64,000 nucleotides of DNA from Eledone cirrhosa. Lineage: Eukaryota. The notes under the pieces are model-generated. The model saw only the letters and a program-made list of their open reading frames with translations, did not search any database and had not been told where the DNA came from. Positions within the stretch are counted from its first letter, which is position 1. Each line of letters begins with the position of its first letter. Position numbers and translations under genes: made by a program. Positions 11,920 to 25,718 of this stretch are shown in pieces. The stretch is from contig OZ024750.1 of the NCBI GenBank assembly GCA_964016885.1, forward strand, positions 43,090,001 through 43,154,000, given 5' to 3'.

Positions 11920-14900
11920 GACACAGCTAGAGACTTATAGAATACTTAGCTGTGTACAGGAACTGGTTTGAAAGAGCGGTTGCCGGTCCGGCAGAAATTA
12001 GAAATTGGAATAAATGCTCTGAAATAGCGATATATATGTGAATATAGACATAGAATATTCGAAAATATTCTGTATGTTTATAATAAACATTTTGAAGACC
12101 TAATCGCTATAGAAAAGAATACGTCACGTATTACAATTAGATTCTCGATAAAAGCAAGGGAAGTAATCTACGCGTTTCATTCTTGTTAGAAATCATCAGG
12201 ACTACATATCCAGTGCTTTTATCGAGAATGACACAGCTAGAGACTTATAGAATACTTAGCTGTGTACAGGAACTGGTTTGAAAGAGCGGTTGCCGGTCCG
12301 GCAGAAATTAGAAATTGGAATAAATGCTCTGAAATAGCGATATATATGTGAATATAGACATAGAATATTCGAAAATATTCTGTATGTTTATAATAAACAT
12401 TTTGAAGACCTAATCGCTATAGAAAAGAATACGTCACGTATTACAATTAGATTCTCGATAAAAGCAAGGGAAGTAATCTACGCGTTTCATTCTTGTTAGA
12501 AATCATCAGGACTACATATCCAGTGCTTTTATCGAGAATGACACAGCTAGAGACTTATAGAATACTTAGCTGTGTACAGGAACTGGTTTGAAAGAGTGGT
12601 TGCCGGTCCGGCAGAAATTAGAAATTGGAATAAATGCTCTGAAATAGCGATATATATGTGAATATAGACATAGAATATTCGAAAATATTCTGTATGTTTA
12701 TAATAAACATTTTGAAGACCTAATCGCTATAGAAAAGAATACGTCACGTATTACAATTAGATTCTCGATAAAAGCAAGGGAAGTAATCTACGCGTTTCAT
12801 TCTTGTTAGAAATCATCAGGACTACATATCCAGTGCTTTTATCGAGAATGACACAGCTAGAGACTTATAGAATACTTAGCTGTGTACAGGAACTGGTTTG
12901 AAAGAGCGGTTGCCGGTCCGGCAGAAATTAGAAATTGGAATAAATGCTCTGAAATAGCGATATATATGTGAATATAGACATAGAATATTCGAAAATATTC
13001 TGTATGTTTATAATAAACATTTTGAAGACCTAATCGCTATAGAAAAGAATACGTCACGTATTACAATTAGATTCTCGATAAAAGCAAGGGAAGTAATCTA
13101 CGCGTTTCATTCTTGTTAGAAATCATCAGGACTACATATCCAGTGCTTTTATCGAGAATGACACAGCTAGAGACTTATAGAATACTTAGCTGTGTACAGG
13201 AACTGGTTTGAAAGAGCGGTTGCCGGTCCGGCAGAAATTAGAAATTGGAATAAATGCTCTGAAATAGCGATATATATGTGAATATAGACATAGAATATTC
13301 GAAAATATTCTGTATGTTTATAATAAACATTTTGAAGACCTAATCGCTATAGAAAAGAATACGTCACGTATTACAATTAGATTCTCGATAAAAGCAAGGG
13401 AAGTAATCTACGCGTTTCATTCTTGTTAGAAATCATCAGGACTACATATCCAGTGCTTTTATCGAGAATGACACAGCTAGAGACTTATAGAATACTTAGC
13501 TGTGTACAGGAACTGGTTTGAAAGAGCGGTTGCCGGTCCGGCAGAAATTAGAAATTGGAATAAATGCTCTGAAATAGCGATATATATGTGAATATAGACA
13601 TAGAATATTCGAAAATATTCTGTATGTTTATAATAAACATTTTGAAGACCTAATCGCTATAGAAAAGAATACGTCACGTATTACAATTAGATTCTCGATA
13701 AAAGCAAGGGAAGTAATCTACGCGTTTCATTCTTGTTAGAAATCATCAGGACTACATATCCAGTGCTTTTATCGAGAATGACACAGCTAGAGACTTATAG
13801 AATACTTAGCTGTGTACAGGAACTGGTTTGAAAGAGCGGTTGCCGGTCCGGCAGAAATTAGAAATTGGAATAAATGCTCTGAAATAGCGATATATATGTG
13901 AATATAGACATAGAATATTCGAAAATATTCTGTATGTTTATAATAAACATTTTGAAGACCTAATCGCTATAGAAAAGAATACGTCACGTATTACAATTAG
14001 ATTCTCGATAAAAGCAAGGGAAGTAATCTACGCGTTTCATTCTTGTTAGAAATCATCAGGACTACATATCCAGTGCTTTTATCGAGAATGACACAGCTAG
14101 AGACTTATAGAATACTTAGCTGTGTACAGGAACTGGTTTGAAAGAGCGGTTGCCGGTCCGGCAGAAATTAGAAATTGGAATAAATGCTCTGAAATAGCGA
14201 TATATATGTGAATATAGACATAGAATATTCGAAAATATTCTGTATGTTTATAATAAACATTTTGAAGACCTAATCGCTATAGAAAAGAATACGTCACGTA
14301 TTACAATTAGATTCTCGATAAAATATTCTGTATGTTTATAATAAACATTTTGAAGACCTAATCGCTATAGAAAAGAATACGTCACGTATTACAATTAGAT
14401 TCTCGATAAAAGCAAGGGAAGTAATCTACGCGTTTCATTCTTGTTAGAAATCATCAGGACTACATATCCAGTGCTTTTATCGAGAATGACACAGCTAGAG
14501 ACTTATAGAATACTTAGCTGTGTACAGGAACTGGTTTGAAAGAGCGGTTGCCGGTCCGGCAGAAATTAGAAATTGGAATAAATGCTCTGAAATAGCGATA
14601 TATATGTGAATATAGACATAGAATATTCGAAAATATTCTGTATGTTTATAATAAACATTTTGAAGACCTAATCGCTATAGAAAAGAATACGTCACGTATT
14701 ACAATTAGATTCTCGATAAAAGCAAGGGAAGTAATCTACGCGTTTCATTCTTGTTAGAAATCATCAGGACTACATATCCAGTGCTTTTATCGAGAATGAC
14801 ACAGCTAGAGACTTATAGAATACTTAGCTGTGTACAGGAACTGGTTTGAAAGAGCGGTTGCCGGTCCGGCAGAAATTAGAAATTGGAATAAATGCTCTGA

Positions 14901-15472
14901 AATAGCGATATATATGTGAATATAGACATAGAATATTCGAAAATATTCTGTATGTTTATAATAAACATTTTGAAGACCTAATCGCTATAGAAAAGAATAC
15001 GTCACGTATTACAATTAGATTCTCGATAAAAGCAAGGGAAGTAATCTACGCGTTTCATTCTTGTTAGAAATCATCAGGACTACATATCCAGTGCTTTTAT
15101 CGAGAATGACACAGCTAGAGACTTATAGAATACTTAGCTGTGTACAGGAACTGGTTTGAAAGAGCGGTTGCCGGTCCGGCAGAAATTAGAAATTGGAATA
15201 AATGCTCTGAAATAGCGATATATATGTGAATATAGACATAGAATATTCGAAAATATTCTGTATGTTTATAATAAACATTTTGAAGACCTAATCGCTATAG
15301 AAAAGAATACGTCACGTATTACAATTAGATTCTCGATAAAAGCAAGGGAAGTAATCTACGCGTTTCATTCTTGTTAGAAATCATCAGGACTACATATCCA
15401 GTGCTTTTATCGAGAATGACACAAACCAGTTCCTGTACACAGCTAAGTATTCTATAAGTCTCTAGCTGTGTC

Positions 15473-15561
15473 ATTCTCGATAAAAGCACTGGATATGTAG
15501 TCCTGATGATTTCTAACAAGAATGAAACGCGTAGATTACTTCCCTTGCTTTTATCGAGAAT
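15473..15561 (+). ncRNA. Type I HHR, first of 7 plus-strand copies (cores at 15503, 15813, 16123, 16433, 16743, 17053, 17363)
   Basis: AUUCUCGAUAAAAGCA-cuggauau-GUAGUC-CUGAUGA-UUUCU AACA AGAAU-GAAAC GC GUA^GAUUAC-uucccu-UGCUUUUAUCGAGAAU: canonical core, 16-bp distal stem I, internal loop, palindromic stem III ACGCGU; predicted cut after 15533. Confidence 0.9.
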
Positions 15562-17556
15562 CTAATTGTAATACGTGACGTATTCTTTTCTATAGCGATT
15601 AGGTCTTCAAAATGTTTATTATAAACATACAGAATATTTTCGAATATTCTATGTCTATATTCACATATATATCGCTATTTCAGAGCATTTATTCCAATTT
15701 CTAATTTCTGCCGGACCGGCAACCGCTCTTTCAAACCAGTTCCTGTACACAGCTAAGTATTCTATAAGTCTCTAGCTGTGTCATTCTCGATAAAAGCACT
15801 GGATATGTAGTCCTGATGATTTCTAACAAGAATGAAACGCGTAGATTACTTCCCTTGCTTTTATCGAGAATCTAATTGTAATACGTGACGTATTCTTTTC
15901 TATAGCGATTAGGTCTTCAAAATGTTTATTATAAACATACAGAATATTTTCGAATATTCTATGTCTATATTCACATATATATCGCTATTTCAGAGCATTT
16001 ATTCCAATTTCTAATTTCTGCCGGACCGGCAACCGCTCTTTCAAACCAGTTCCTGTACACAGCTAAGTATTCTATAAGTCTCTAGCTGTGTCATTCTCGA
16101 TAAAAGCACTGGATATGTAGTCCTGATGATTTCTAACAAGAATGAAACGCGTAGATTACTTCCCTTGCTTTTATCGAGAATCTAATTGTAATACGTGACG
16201 TATTCTTTTCTATAGCGATTAGGTCTTCAAAATGTTTATTATAAACATACAGAATATTTTCGAATATTCTATGTCTATATTCACATATATATCGCTATTT
16301 CAGAGCATTTATTCCAATTTCTAATTTCTGCCGGACCGGCAACCGCTCTTTCAAACCAGTTCCTGTACACAGCTAAGTATTCTATAAGTCTCTAGCTGTG
16401 TCATTCTCGATAAAAGCACTGGATATGTAGTCCTGATGATTTCTAACAAGAATGAAACGCGTAGATTACTTCCCTTGCTTTTATCGAGAATCTAATTGTA
16501 ATACGTGACGTATTCTTTTCTATAGCGATTAGGTCTTCAAAATGTTTATTATAAACATACAGAATATTTTCGAATATTCTATGTCTATATTCACATATAT
16601 ATCGCTATTTCAGAGCATTTATTCCAATTTCTAATTTCTGCCGGACCGGCAACCGCTCTTTCAAACCAGTTCCTGTACACAGCTAAGTATTCTATAAGTC
16701 TCTAGCTGTGTCATTCTCGATAAAAGCACTGGATATGTAGTCCTGATGATTTCTAACAAGAATGAAACGCGTAGATTACTTCCCTTGCTTTTATCGAGAA
16801 TCTAATTGTAATACGTGACGTATTCTTTTCTATAGCGATTAGGTCTTCAAAATGTTTATTATAAACATACAGAATATTTTCGAATATTCTATGTCTATAT
16901 TCACATATATATCGCTATTTCAGAGCATTTATTCCAATTTCTAATTTCTGCCGGACCGGCAACCGCTCTTTCAAACCAGTTCCTGTACACAGCTAAGTAT
17001 TCTATAAGTCTCTAGCTGTGTCATTCTCGATAAAAGCACTGGATATGTAGTCCTGATGATTTCTAACAAGAATGAAACGCGTAGATTACTTCCCTTGCTT
17101 TTATCGAGAATCTAATTGTAATACGTGACGTATTCTTTTCTATAGCGATTAGGTCTTCAAAATGTTTATTATAAACATACAGAATATTTTCGAATATTCT
17201 ATGTCTATATTCACATATATATCGCTATTTCAGAGCATTTATTCCAATTTCTAATTTCTGCCGGACCGGCAACCGCTCTTTCAAACCAGTTCCTGTACAC
17301 AGCTAAGTATTCTATAAGTCTCTAGCTGTGTCATTCTCGATAAAAGCACTGGATATGTAGTCCTGATGATTTCTAACAAGAATGAAACGCGTAGATTACT
17401 TCCCTTGCTTTTATCGAGAATCTAATTGTAATACGTGACGTATTCTTTTCTATAGCGATTAGGTCTTCAAAATGTTTATTATAAACATACAGAATATTTT
17501 CGAATATTCTATGTCTATATTCACATATATATCGCTATTTCAGAGCATTTATTCCA

Positions 17557-17587
<31 letters not shown>

Positions 17588-17788
17588 TATTTGGGGTCGT
17601 TAAATTTATATATTTGGGATCGTTCTTTTGTTATATTGGTGATTTAACATTATCCACACACATTGTTTTGCTCTTCAAAATTTAAATTTGTTTCCTATTA
17701 AACAATGGTTCAAGCAAGCTACAACATTCTTATATATATACATATATACAATATATATATACATATATATACGTACACGCACACACAC

Positions 17789-17821
<33 letters not shown>

Positions 17822-17839
17822 ATATATATACATATACAT

Positions 17840-17884
<45 letters not shown>

Positions 17885-17979
17885 AATACATACACACACA
17901 TATATATAAACATACATATATATATACACATACATATATATATATTATATTATATTATATACTATATTTATATATATAT

Positions 17980-19577
17980 GGTGATCTATGGATAAGAGCT
18001 GATATACCTGGAAATTCTGATATTACTATGGGATCTACAGACTCGGCTCAGGTCACTGACCTCGTTGGAATGTTCATCCTTAATCTAATTCACAGAAAAT
18101 TACCTGAGATGGGTGGAGGTTTATATCGTGATGATGTTCTTTTTGTATTAACTAACCATAATAACAACGCCCTTAATAGAAAGTAAAAAATTATAACTGA
18201 CTTTTTTTGACAATTATGGCTTTAAACTCGAAATTGAAAATAATAATAGAATAGCTAATTTCCTAGATATAACATTAAACCTTAATTCTGGTCTTTACTA
18301 CCCGTTCCATAAATTAAATGAAAGCCTTAATTATGTTAGCTGCTATCCAAATCACCCGAGAAATGTTAAAAGGATCATAGTTAACAGCGTTTAGCAAAGA
18401 ATCTCTAGACCCTTATCCAATAAGGAAATCTTTCACAACAAGGCTTAATACTATAACGATGCCTTAAATAGAACAGGTTACCTTGATAAAAATGAATACA
18501 TAGATAAAAATGTTTACCGCCCCCCGTTTATAAATCAACATTCATTTAATATCAATACTAATGCACATACATATCATAACAATTATAATAATGCTAATAC
18601 CCATAACATAAACCATAGAACTAGACCAAATCAATCGTATAATCGATATAACTCCTATAAAACCAATAAGTCTTGTAAAAGAATCCGTTCTCATTCTATT
18701 TTATGGTATTCTCCACCACTATAGCTAGGAATCAAGAAAAACTTAGCTCACCTCTTCTTCAATCCTCTTGATAAATGATTCCCCAAAATGAATAAATATA
18801 GTAGAATTTTAAATAGACATACAATAAAACTTTCATACTCAACCACTATGGATATTGTCCAAAATATAGCTAAAATTAATAATAGAAATCTAGGAACTAT
18901 TCATAGGGAATTAACCCCTAATGATAATCAGAGAATCACTAATAGAATAAATAACTTCTCAGTTAACAACAGTTATATCAATAACACAAACGATGAAAAC
19001 CTTATGAACTACGAACACAGCGCAGCAACATTAAATAACAGCGGCGGTAATTGTAATTGTAAAAATAGTTATTCTTTCCCGTTAAGTAATAACTATCTAC
19101 ACCGTAATTTAGTTTACAAATGCATTGTTAAAACAAAGGATAAATTTTATAATTATGTTGGTGCCACTTCCTCTAAATTTAAGGAAAGGTGATATAATCA
19201 CCGCAACACGTTCAAGAGAGAAGACAAGAAATTTAGTACGGCTTTATCTGAATTAATTTCGTCGCTTAAAAATAATAAAATAGAATATTCTCTTTCTTGG
19301 CATAAACTTTCTAATGCTTTACCTTATAAAAATGCTTCCATTCTAAGAGTTGTAACTTCTGCACCACTGAAATTCTTTATATTCTTAAGAATAGGAAATG
19401 ATTATTAATAAAACAAATCTGAGATATCCAGCTCGTGCTTCCATCGCTTCTCAAAAACGTTTCATAAAGTTTTTAGTTAAGTTTTAAAATAGATAACATA
19501 ATAGTGAATATTCCTTTATATATAGTTTTAATTCTCGCCTCCATCTATTATCGAATACGCTTAGAGATTTTGATTAA

Positions 19578-19625
<48 letters not shown>

Positions 19626-20638
19626 TATACATATGTGTGTGTGTGTGTGTGGTGTGTGTGTGTGTGTGTGTATATTTATATATATGAAATAATAAGATAG
19701 GTATTACTCCTTTATATATAATTTTTAAATGATATATTATCTTTTTTTTTTAGAAATCTAGATTATACGACAAAATAAGGTAACTCATTTTTTCCTCCAT
19801 TATTTTTCTTCGACATAATCTTCTTCCATTACAATTTTTCATCTCTTTTAACTTTAGGTTGTATCTAAATAAATTAAATTTAATATAAATTGATAAATTC
19901 ATTTTTTCTTTCTAAATATTTTTTTCTAAATACATTTTTTCTTTCTAAATATTTACACAAAGTATTATTAGTCTCTCATATACATATATTAACTACTTAA
20001 ATAAATTGTTGAATTGATAAATTTGACATAGATAATTATTTCCCTTCTTTTAAAATAAATAATTTATCACATAACATTACAACCTACTCAACTATATATT
20101 TAAAAAAAAAGAACCATATCAATTATTAGATACTTTTCTACTTAATAATTTCAATATCTAATTATACATAAACAATGTTAACTTAGCTACAAATTCTGTA
20201 ATCCACATTGTTTCCCCCTTTATTAAAATATTTTCATAATACTACCATTGTTTCCTAGAATATTTTTTCATTTTTTTCCTTTGATATAATATATACATTT
20301 GATTTAATACCTATTAACAGAATAGAGACTGCATAACCGTCAATTTCTGTTTTGCTTTTTGAACAATCCAATTTCGCTATATTTTAAATAATTTATCAAA
20401 CGTTTAAACCAACTGAAATTATTCTCCCAGTCCCGTAACCCCCTGTTTTTTTTTTCTAGTCAAATGCTTGGTGGTCATCGATCTGTTCAGCTCGTTTGTC
20501 TACCAACATAGGAAAAGTTATGTATTTTGTCTGAGGAGGACATGTTTTAGTTTATGTTATATACATAAAACTTTATATCTTCGAAATATATATAATGAAA
20601 TAAATAGAGATGATATAAAGTATATATCTTTCGTTTAT

Positions 20639-20640
<2 letters not shown>
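17980..20640 (+). pseudogene. 5'-truncated, decayed Penelope-like retroelement (RT C-terminal half + GIY-YIG endonuclease + 3' UTR with HHR)
   Basis: Hand translation from about 18019: DITMGSTDSAQVTDLVG...GLYRDD...NFLDITLNL...PNHP; WYSPP near 18712; CNC...LVYKC...YVGAT...FKER (ORF 18788-19192); stops and frameshifts; ends in (TA)n. Confidence 0.88.
20523..20602 (+). ncRNA. Type I HHR in the PLE 3' UTR
   Basis: UAUUUUGU-CUGAGGA-long stem II-GAAA UAUAUAUA^AUGAAAUA. Confidence 0.7.
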
Positions 20641-20720
<80 letters not shown>

Positions 20721-20862
20721 TAATATAATATAATATAATATAATATAATATAATATAATATAATATATATATATATATAAAATATAGAATATATATATAA
20801 ATATAATATATAATATAATATAATATAATATAATATAATATAATATAATATAATATAATATA

Positions 20863-20943
<81 letters not shown>

Positions 20944-21092
20944 GATATATATATAAAATATAGAGTATATATATAATATATAATATAATATAATATAATA
21001 TAATTGTTTCTACTTTTGGCACAAGGTCAGCAATTACCCAGTGCATTACTGGTACTTTATTTTATCGACCCCATATAATATAATATAATGTA

Positions 21093-21124
<32 letters not shown>

Positions 21125-21425
21125 TAAATATAATGCATACATACATACATATATGTCCAGAATTAGCCGTCGAAACGGCTTGAGCTCTGCCGTCGGGGTC
21201 ATACTTGTTCCTATATATATATATATATATATGTATATATAAAAACCTGGCTATCATTCATGTAGTTCTATGTAAAGACATGAACACAATTATGTTCCTA
21301 TCTACTGCTTTTCCTTTATATTAAGGTCACAAATAAATGAACTGACTCGGAGAAAAGATGTTCTCTCACAACAAAATATATACAAAGATATTTATAGTAG
21401 TAGGCTAGTAATAAAATATGGTAAA

Positions 21426-22345
21426 ACACACACACACACACACATACACACTACACACTCACAGACACACACACACTACACATGCACAGACAGACACACA
21501 CACACACACACGCATACACACTACACATGCACACACATACACACACACACTACACACCCATAACACATAACACAGTCAACACACACACACTACACATGCA
21601 CACGCACACACACACACACAACACACGCATAACACATAACACAGACAACACACACACACTGCACACACACATACTACACATGCACACGCATACACACACA
21701 CACACTACACATGCACACGCATACACACACACGTATACACACTACACATGCACACGCATACACACACACACTACACACGCATAATACATAACACAGTCAA
21801 CACACACACACTACACATGCACACGCATACACACACACACACAACACACGCATAACACATAACACAGACAACACACGCACACACATACTACACACACATA
21901 CTAACATGCACACGCACACACACACACTACACATGCACACGCATACACGCACACACACACACACAACACACAACACACACAAAACAGAAAACACACACAC
22001 AACACACACACCACACACAAAACAGACAATACACAACCGCATATACACAGACACACATACACGCATGCACACACAACACAAACACACACACACGCACACA
22101 ACACAGTGAACACATGGACATGAACACAACACACGCGTACGCACGCACACAAACACACATGCACACACATACATGCATGTACACTCAACACACATGCATA
22201 CACATACAGGCGTGCACACACAACATACACGCACACACAACATGCACAACACACACATACACGCATGGACATCACACAAATACGCGCACACAAGACACAC
22301 ACCACGCACAACATACACCACCTATACACACGTACACATACACTG
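21426..22345. repeat. Degenerate (CA)n tract
   Basis: Directly visible. Confidence 0.9.
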
Positions 22346-22411
22346 ATATATATATAACTATATATATATATATATAGTAATAATAATAAATTTGAAGACT
22401 AAAATTTGTTA

Positions 22412-22460
22412 GTTTCAGAAGATCCCGTTAAGGGTGAAAGCAGCGATTCTTTGCTTAAAC
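22412..22460 (+). ncRNA. HHR-like motif with U4A core (CAGAAGA); second copy at 41813-41861 (-)
   Basis: GUUU-CAGAAGA-UCCC GUUAA GGGU-GAAAGCA GCGAUUCUU UGCUU^AAAC; all three stems pair in both copies. Confidence 0.6.
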
Positions 22461-22481
22461 GTTAATCTGTTATTTTAATAA

Positions 22482-22567
<86 letters not shown>

Positions 22568-23039
22568 ATATTATTATTCCTTTCTTCAAAATTTGAATTT
22601 AGACCGCCAAAACTGGGGTTACCACCCTTTGGGAGAACCACGTGACCGCCAGCAGTCTTACTGCTATAATTCACACCCGAACGCGGCATTGAACGGAAAC
22701 CTGTTGAGAAAGTGAACCCTCTGTTCGATCATCCAAAACCAATAACTTGCATACCCCGCAAGTGGATTTGTTGATTTCATGTTTCACGGAAACCTACCGG
22801 AGATATTGCATAATATCGACGGGATGGTCCAGGTTTGTCAAATTATCCTGAGTTGGTTTTCTCGTTGCTTTGGTCCTTGCGGCTGGCTTAGCGGTCGCAA
22901 TCTTCAATTTGTCGAGCTGTCTAAAGGTAATGTTATTATTCTAAGGTAAAACTACCTTATTGAGTGCTGAGCTGCACATTCCAGATTGCATTCGTCAGCA
23001 TTGCTGCAGCCAGAGCTTCGATTCTACTGAACTTCCATT

Positions 23040-23102
<63 letters not shown>

Positions 23103-23439
23103 ATATATATATATAAGAAAATGAGGTTTTTAATAAGAAAACGAGATGTCCTACGCGGGTGAAAGTATAAGGAAAATAAATCAAAAATGCAACTGGAGTC
23201 TTTTTAAGAATATTTATTTGTTTCTTTTACCAGTTTCACAGTTGTTATGCTTTTCAAAAGTAGAATTGAGACGGAGGGTTGTGTGGTTTTTCTCCCATCT
23301 GGTTGGTATTCGAAAGTTCCTTCTGTCTTATGTGGAAAGAGTGGCTCGAATTGGTGGTTTAAAAAAAAAAGTAATTTGGTTGGTTGATGACTGTCACGTG
23401 AATAAGTACATCAAATTTCGCGCCAGTTCGTGTTTGAGG

Positions 23440-23479
<40 letters not shown>

Positions 23480-23496
23480 GAACTTTTCAGCCCACC

Positions 23497-23537
<41 letters not shown>

Positions 23538-23644
23538 GTGTGTGTATGTGTATGTAACTTACCGTACACACAACCAAAAAAGAGTATTTGACCCCTCTAA
23601 ACTATATATATATATACATATATACATACATACATGCACATATA

Positions 23645-23680
<36 letters not shown>

Positions 23681-24079
23681 AACCAGTAAGACCCCGACAG
23701 CTGAGCTCAAGCCGTTTCGACGGCTAATTCTGGACTAAATGAAAATTTATCCTGGTATTTAAATAGCCGATCTTCTCAAGGGGTAATTCCATATATGGTC
23801 AAAGTGATTGTCAAAAATCAGTAGTAATTCTGTGGTTGCAAATTAGTAGGGGAGATGGTGGCTAAACCTGCCAGTAGGAGAAAGAGGGGAGGGGTGGAGT
23901 AGACCCAATCAAGCGTTGGTAGTGCCAGCTACAGCTGGGCATGAGGTCAAAGAAGATACAGGGGAGGGGGAGGGGGAGGAAGTCGGAACGGTAGGTAGAA
24001 CAATGGGGGGTAGAAATAGGAAAGAAAATATACTGAGAGTGAAGAAAAGCAAATAAGAGTAAAGAAAAAAGTAAAGTAA

Positions 24080-24628
24080 AACATCGTCTCCTCTAACAAC
24101 AAAAAACTCAACCCCGATGGCAGAAATAACCTAAATAGCAGTGGAGAACCGACCAGGAGGTGTAACTGCCCGGATAGATCTATTTGCCCACTCGACAATA
24201 GATGCAGAGACCGTAATGTGATCTACCAGTGCAACGTGAGGACGGATACCTCCAACAAAGCCTATATAGGACTTACCGCATGTGACTTCAAGACCCGGCT
24301 ATACCAACATAGACATACCTTCCGAAACCCGGCCCGGCGTCACGCCACTACACTTTCGGGCCACATATGGGACCTCAAGGACAACAACATCACCTATGAT
24401 CTCACTTGGAGATTACTGTCCAGAGCCAATTCTTACACGGGAGGACGCCGTCCGTGCAATTTATGCTCGGAGGAAACTTTACAAATGCTGTTTTCGACGG
24501 ACCAACTCCTAAATAAGAAAGATGAACTGGTCACTGCATGTAAACATAGATTGCGTAGGACTTACCTCGCCCTCAAACCTCATAATGACCCGGGGGGGGG
24601 GGGGGGAGGGGGTAGACTAGGGCTATAA
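24080..24628 (+). CDS. GIY-YIG endonuclease domain of a PLE (open frame, no start; 5'-truncated)
   Basis: NIVSSNNKKL...RRCNCPDRSICPLDNRCRDRNVIYQC...AYIGLTACDFKTRLYQH...TTLSGHIW...CNLCSEE...LNKKDEL. Confidence 0.85.
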   Translation, partial: NIVSSNNKKLNPDGRNNLNSSGEPTRRCNCPDRSICPLDNRCRDRNVIYQCNVRTDTSNKAYIGLTACDFKTRLYQHRHTFRNPARRHATTLSGHIWDLKDNNITYDLTWRLLSRANSYTGGRRPCNLCSEETLQMLFSTDQLLNKKDELVTACKHRLRRTYLALKPHNDPGGGGGGGRLGL

Positions 24629-25718
24629 CACCCCACTTGCCGATTTTGCAATGGGTAACCCCTGCTCGCCAAGGAAGACGTAAGATCTTCTTTGTATTCT
24701 TTTATCGCTTCCTTTATTTCCTTCCCCCCTCTCTCCTTAGTCCTTCTACCCCAGCTCTTCTCCTTTGTCGGCGTCTTTTCTCGCCCACCCGAGGCTGCCC
24801 TTTGGCCCCATGTAGCCTTAGTACCCCCACCACCCCTCCCCTAGTCTATGATAGATTTGGCGGACTCCGCCCTTTATAGCAGTTGGCTTAGACCCCGGAT
24901 ACTTTCCCCCTTTTTCCGACCGCTCCCACTATTCTCTGTGCCCTCTATATTTCTTAGTGGCACTTATGCTTTATTTTTTCGTTTCAGTATTTCTTGCTTC
25001 GCTTTTCTTCTGGGCGGGGTGGATTCTGAATTTATTTCTCCGTATTCTACCTTTATTTCGTACGAACTTACATGTACCTTGTTTTAGATCTTTTAGAGTT
25101 AGCATTAGTATATATTTTTCTCGGGACTCAGAATTATTATCTCGTACAAGTTCACTTTGCTGCACTGGGTCGTTGCTGGCCCGGGATGGAAACCTTTATT
25201 GTTTAATTCGTGGTAGTCTCTTTAGTATTTTGGCCCCTTTTGTTGACCCGTCACCGTATCATTTACGTACTTATACCTCTTAAAAGGGTCCTTGCCTATT
25301 CCGTCCCACCTAGTTCTTTTACTTATTTCGTTATTTCCTTATTTACTTCTTTCTTTACTTCTTTCTTTCTTTCTTTATTTTATTTTATTCTGCCTAACAA
25401 TAGCCTGAGACCTAGGTCGTAGAATTTAATTTACTTTACTTTTTTCTTTACTCTTATTTGCTTTTCTTCACTCTCAGTATATTTTCTTTCCTATTTCTAC
25501 CCCCCATTGTTCTACCTACCGTTCCGACTTCCTCCCCCTCCCCTCCCCTGTATCTTCTTTGACCTCATGCCCAGCTGTAGCTGGCACTACCAACGCTTGA
25601 TTGGCTCTACTCCACCCCTCCCCTCTTTCTCCTACTGGCAGGTTTAGCCACCATCTCCCCTACTAATTTGCAACCACAGAATTACTACTGATTTTTGACA
25701 ATCACTTTGACCATATAT

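Larger units (their letters stand above)
11721..17558. mobile_element. 310-bp tandem array, one HHR per monomer (non-LTR retrozyme-like), inverted at about 15423
   Basis: Unit starts at 11721, 12031, 12341 ... 14201 (this unit has an 88-bp internal duplication), 14599, 14909, 15219; reverse-complement units 15423-17558; only one substitution noticed (12597); (TA)n on both flanks. Confidence 0.92.

Noticed and set aside
11721-17558. Array inversion as a fold-back sequencing chimera
   Set aside because: Arms are unequal, flanks are not mirrored and the 88-bp duplication is not reflected; still needs read-level confirmation.
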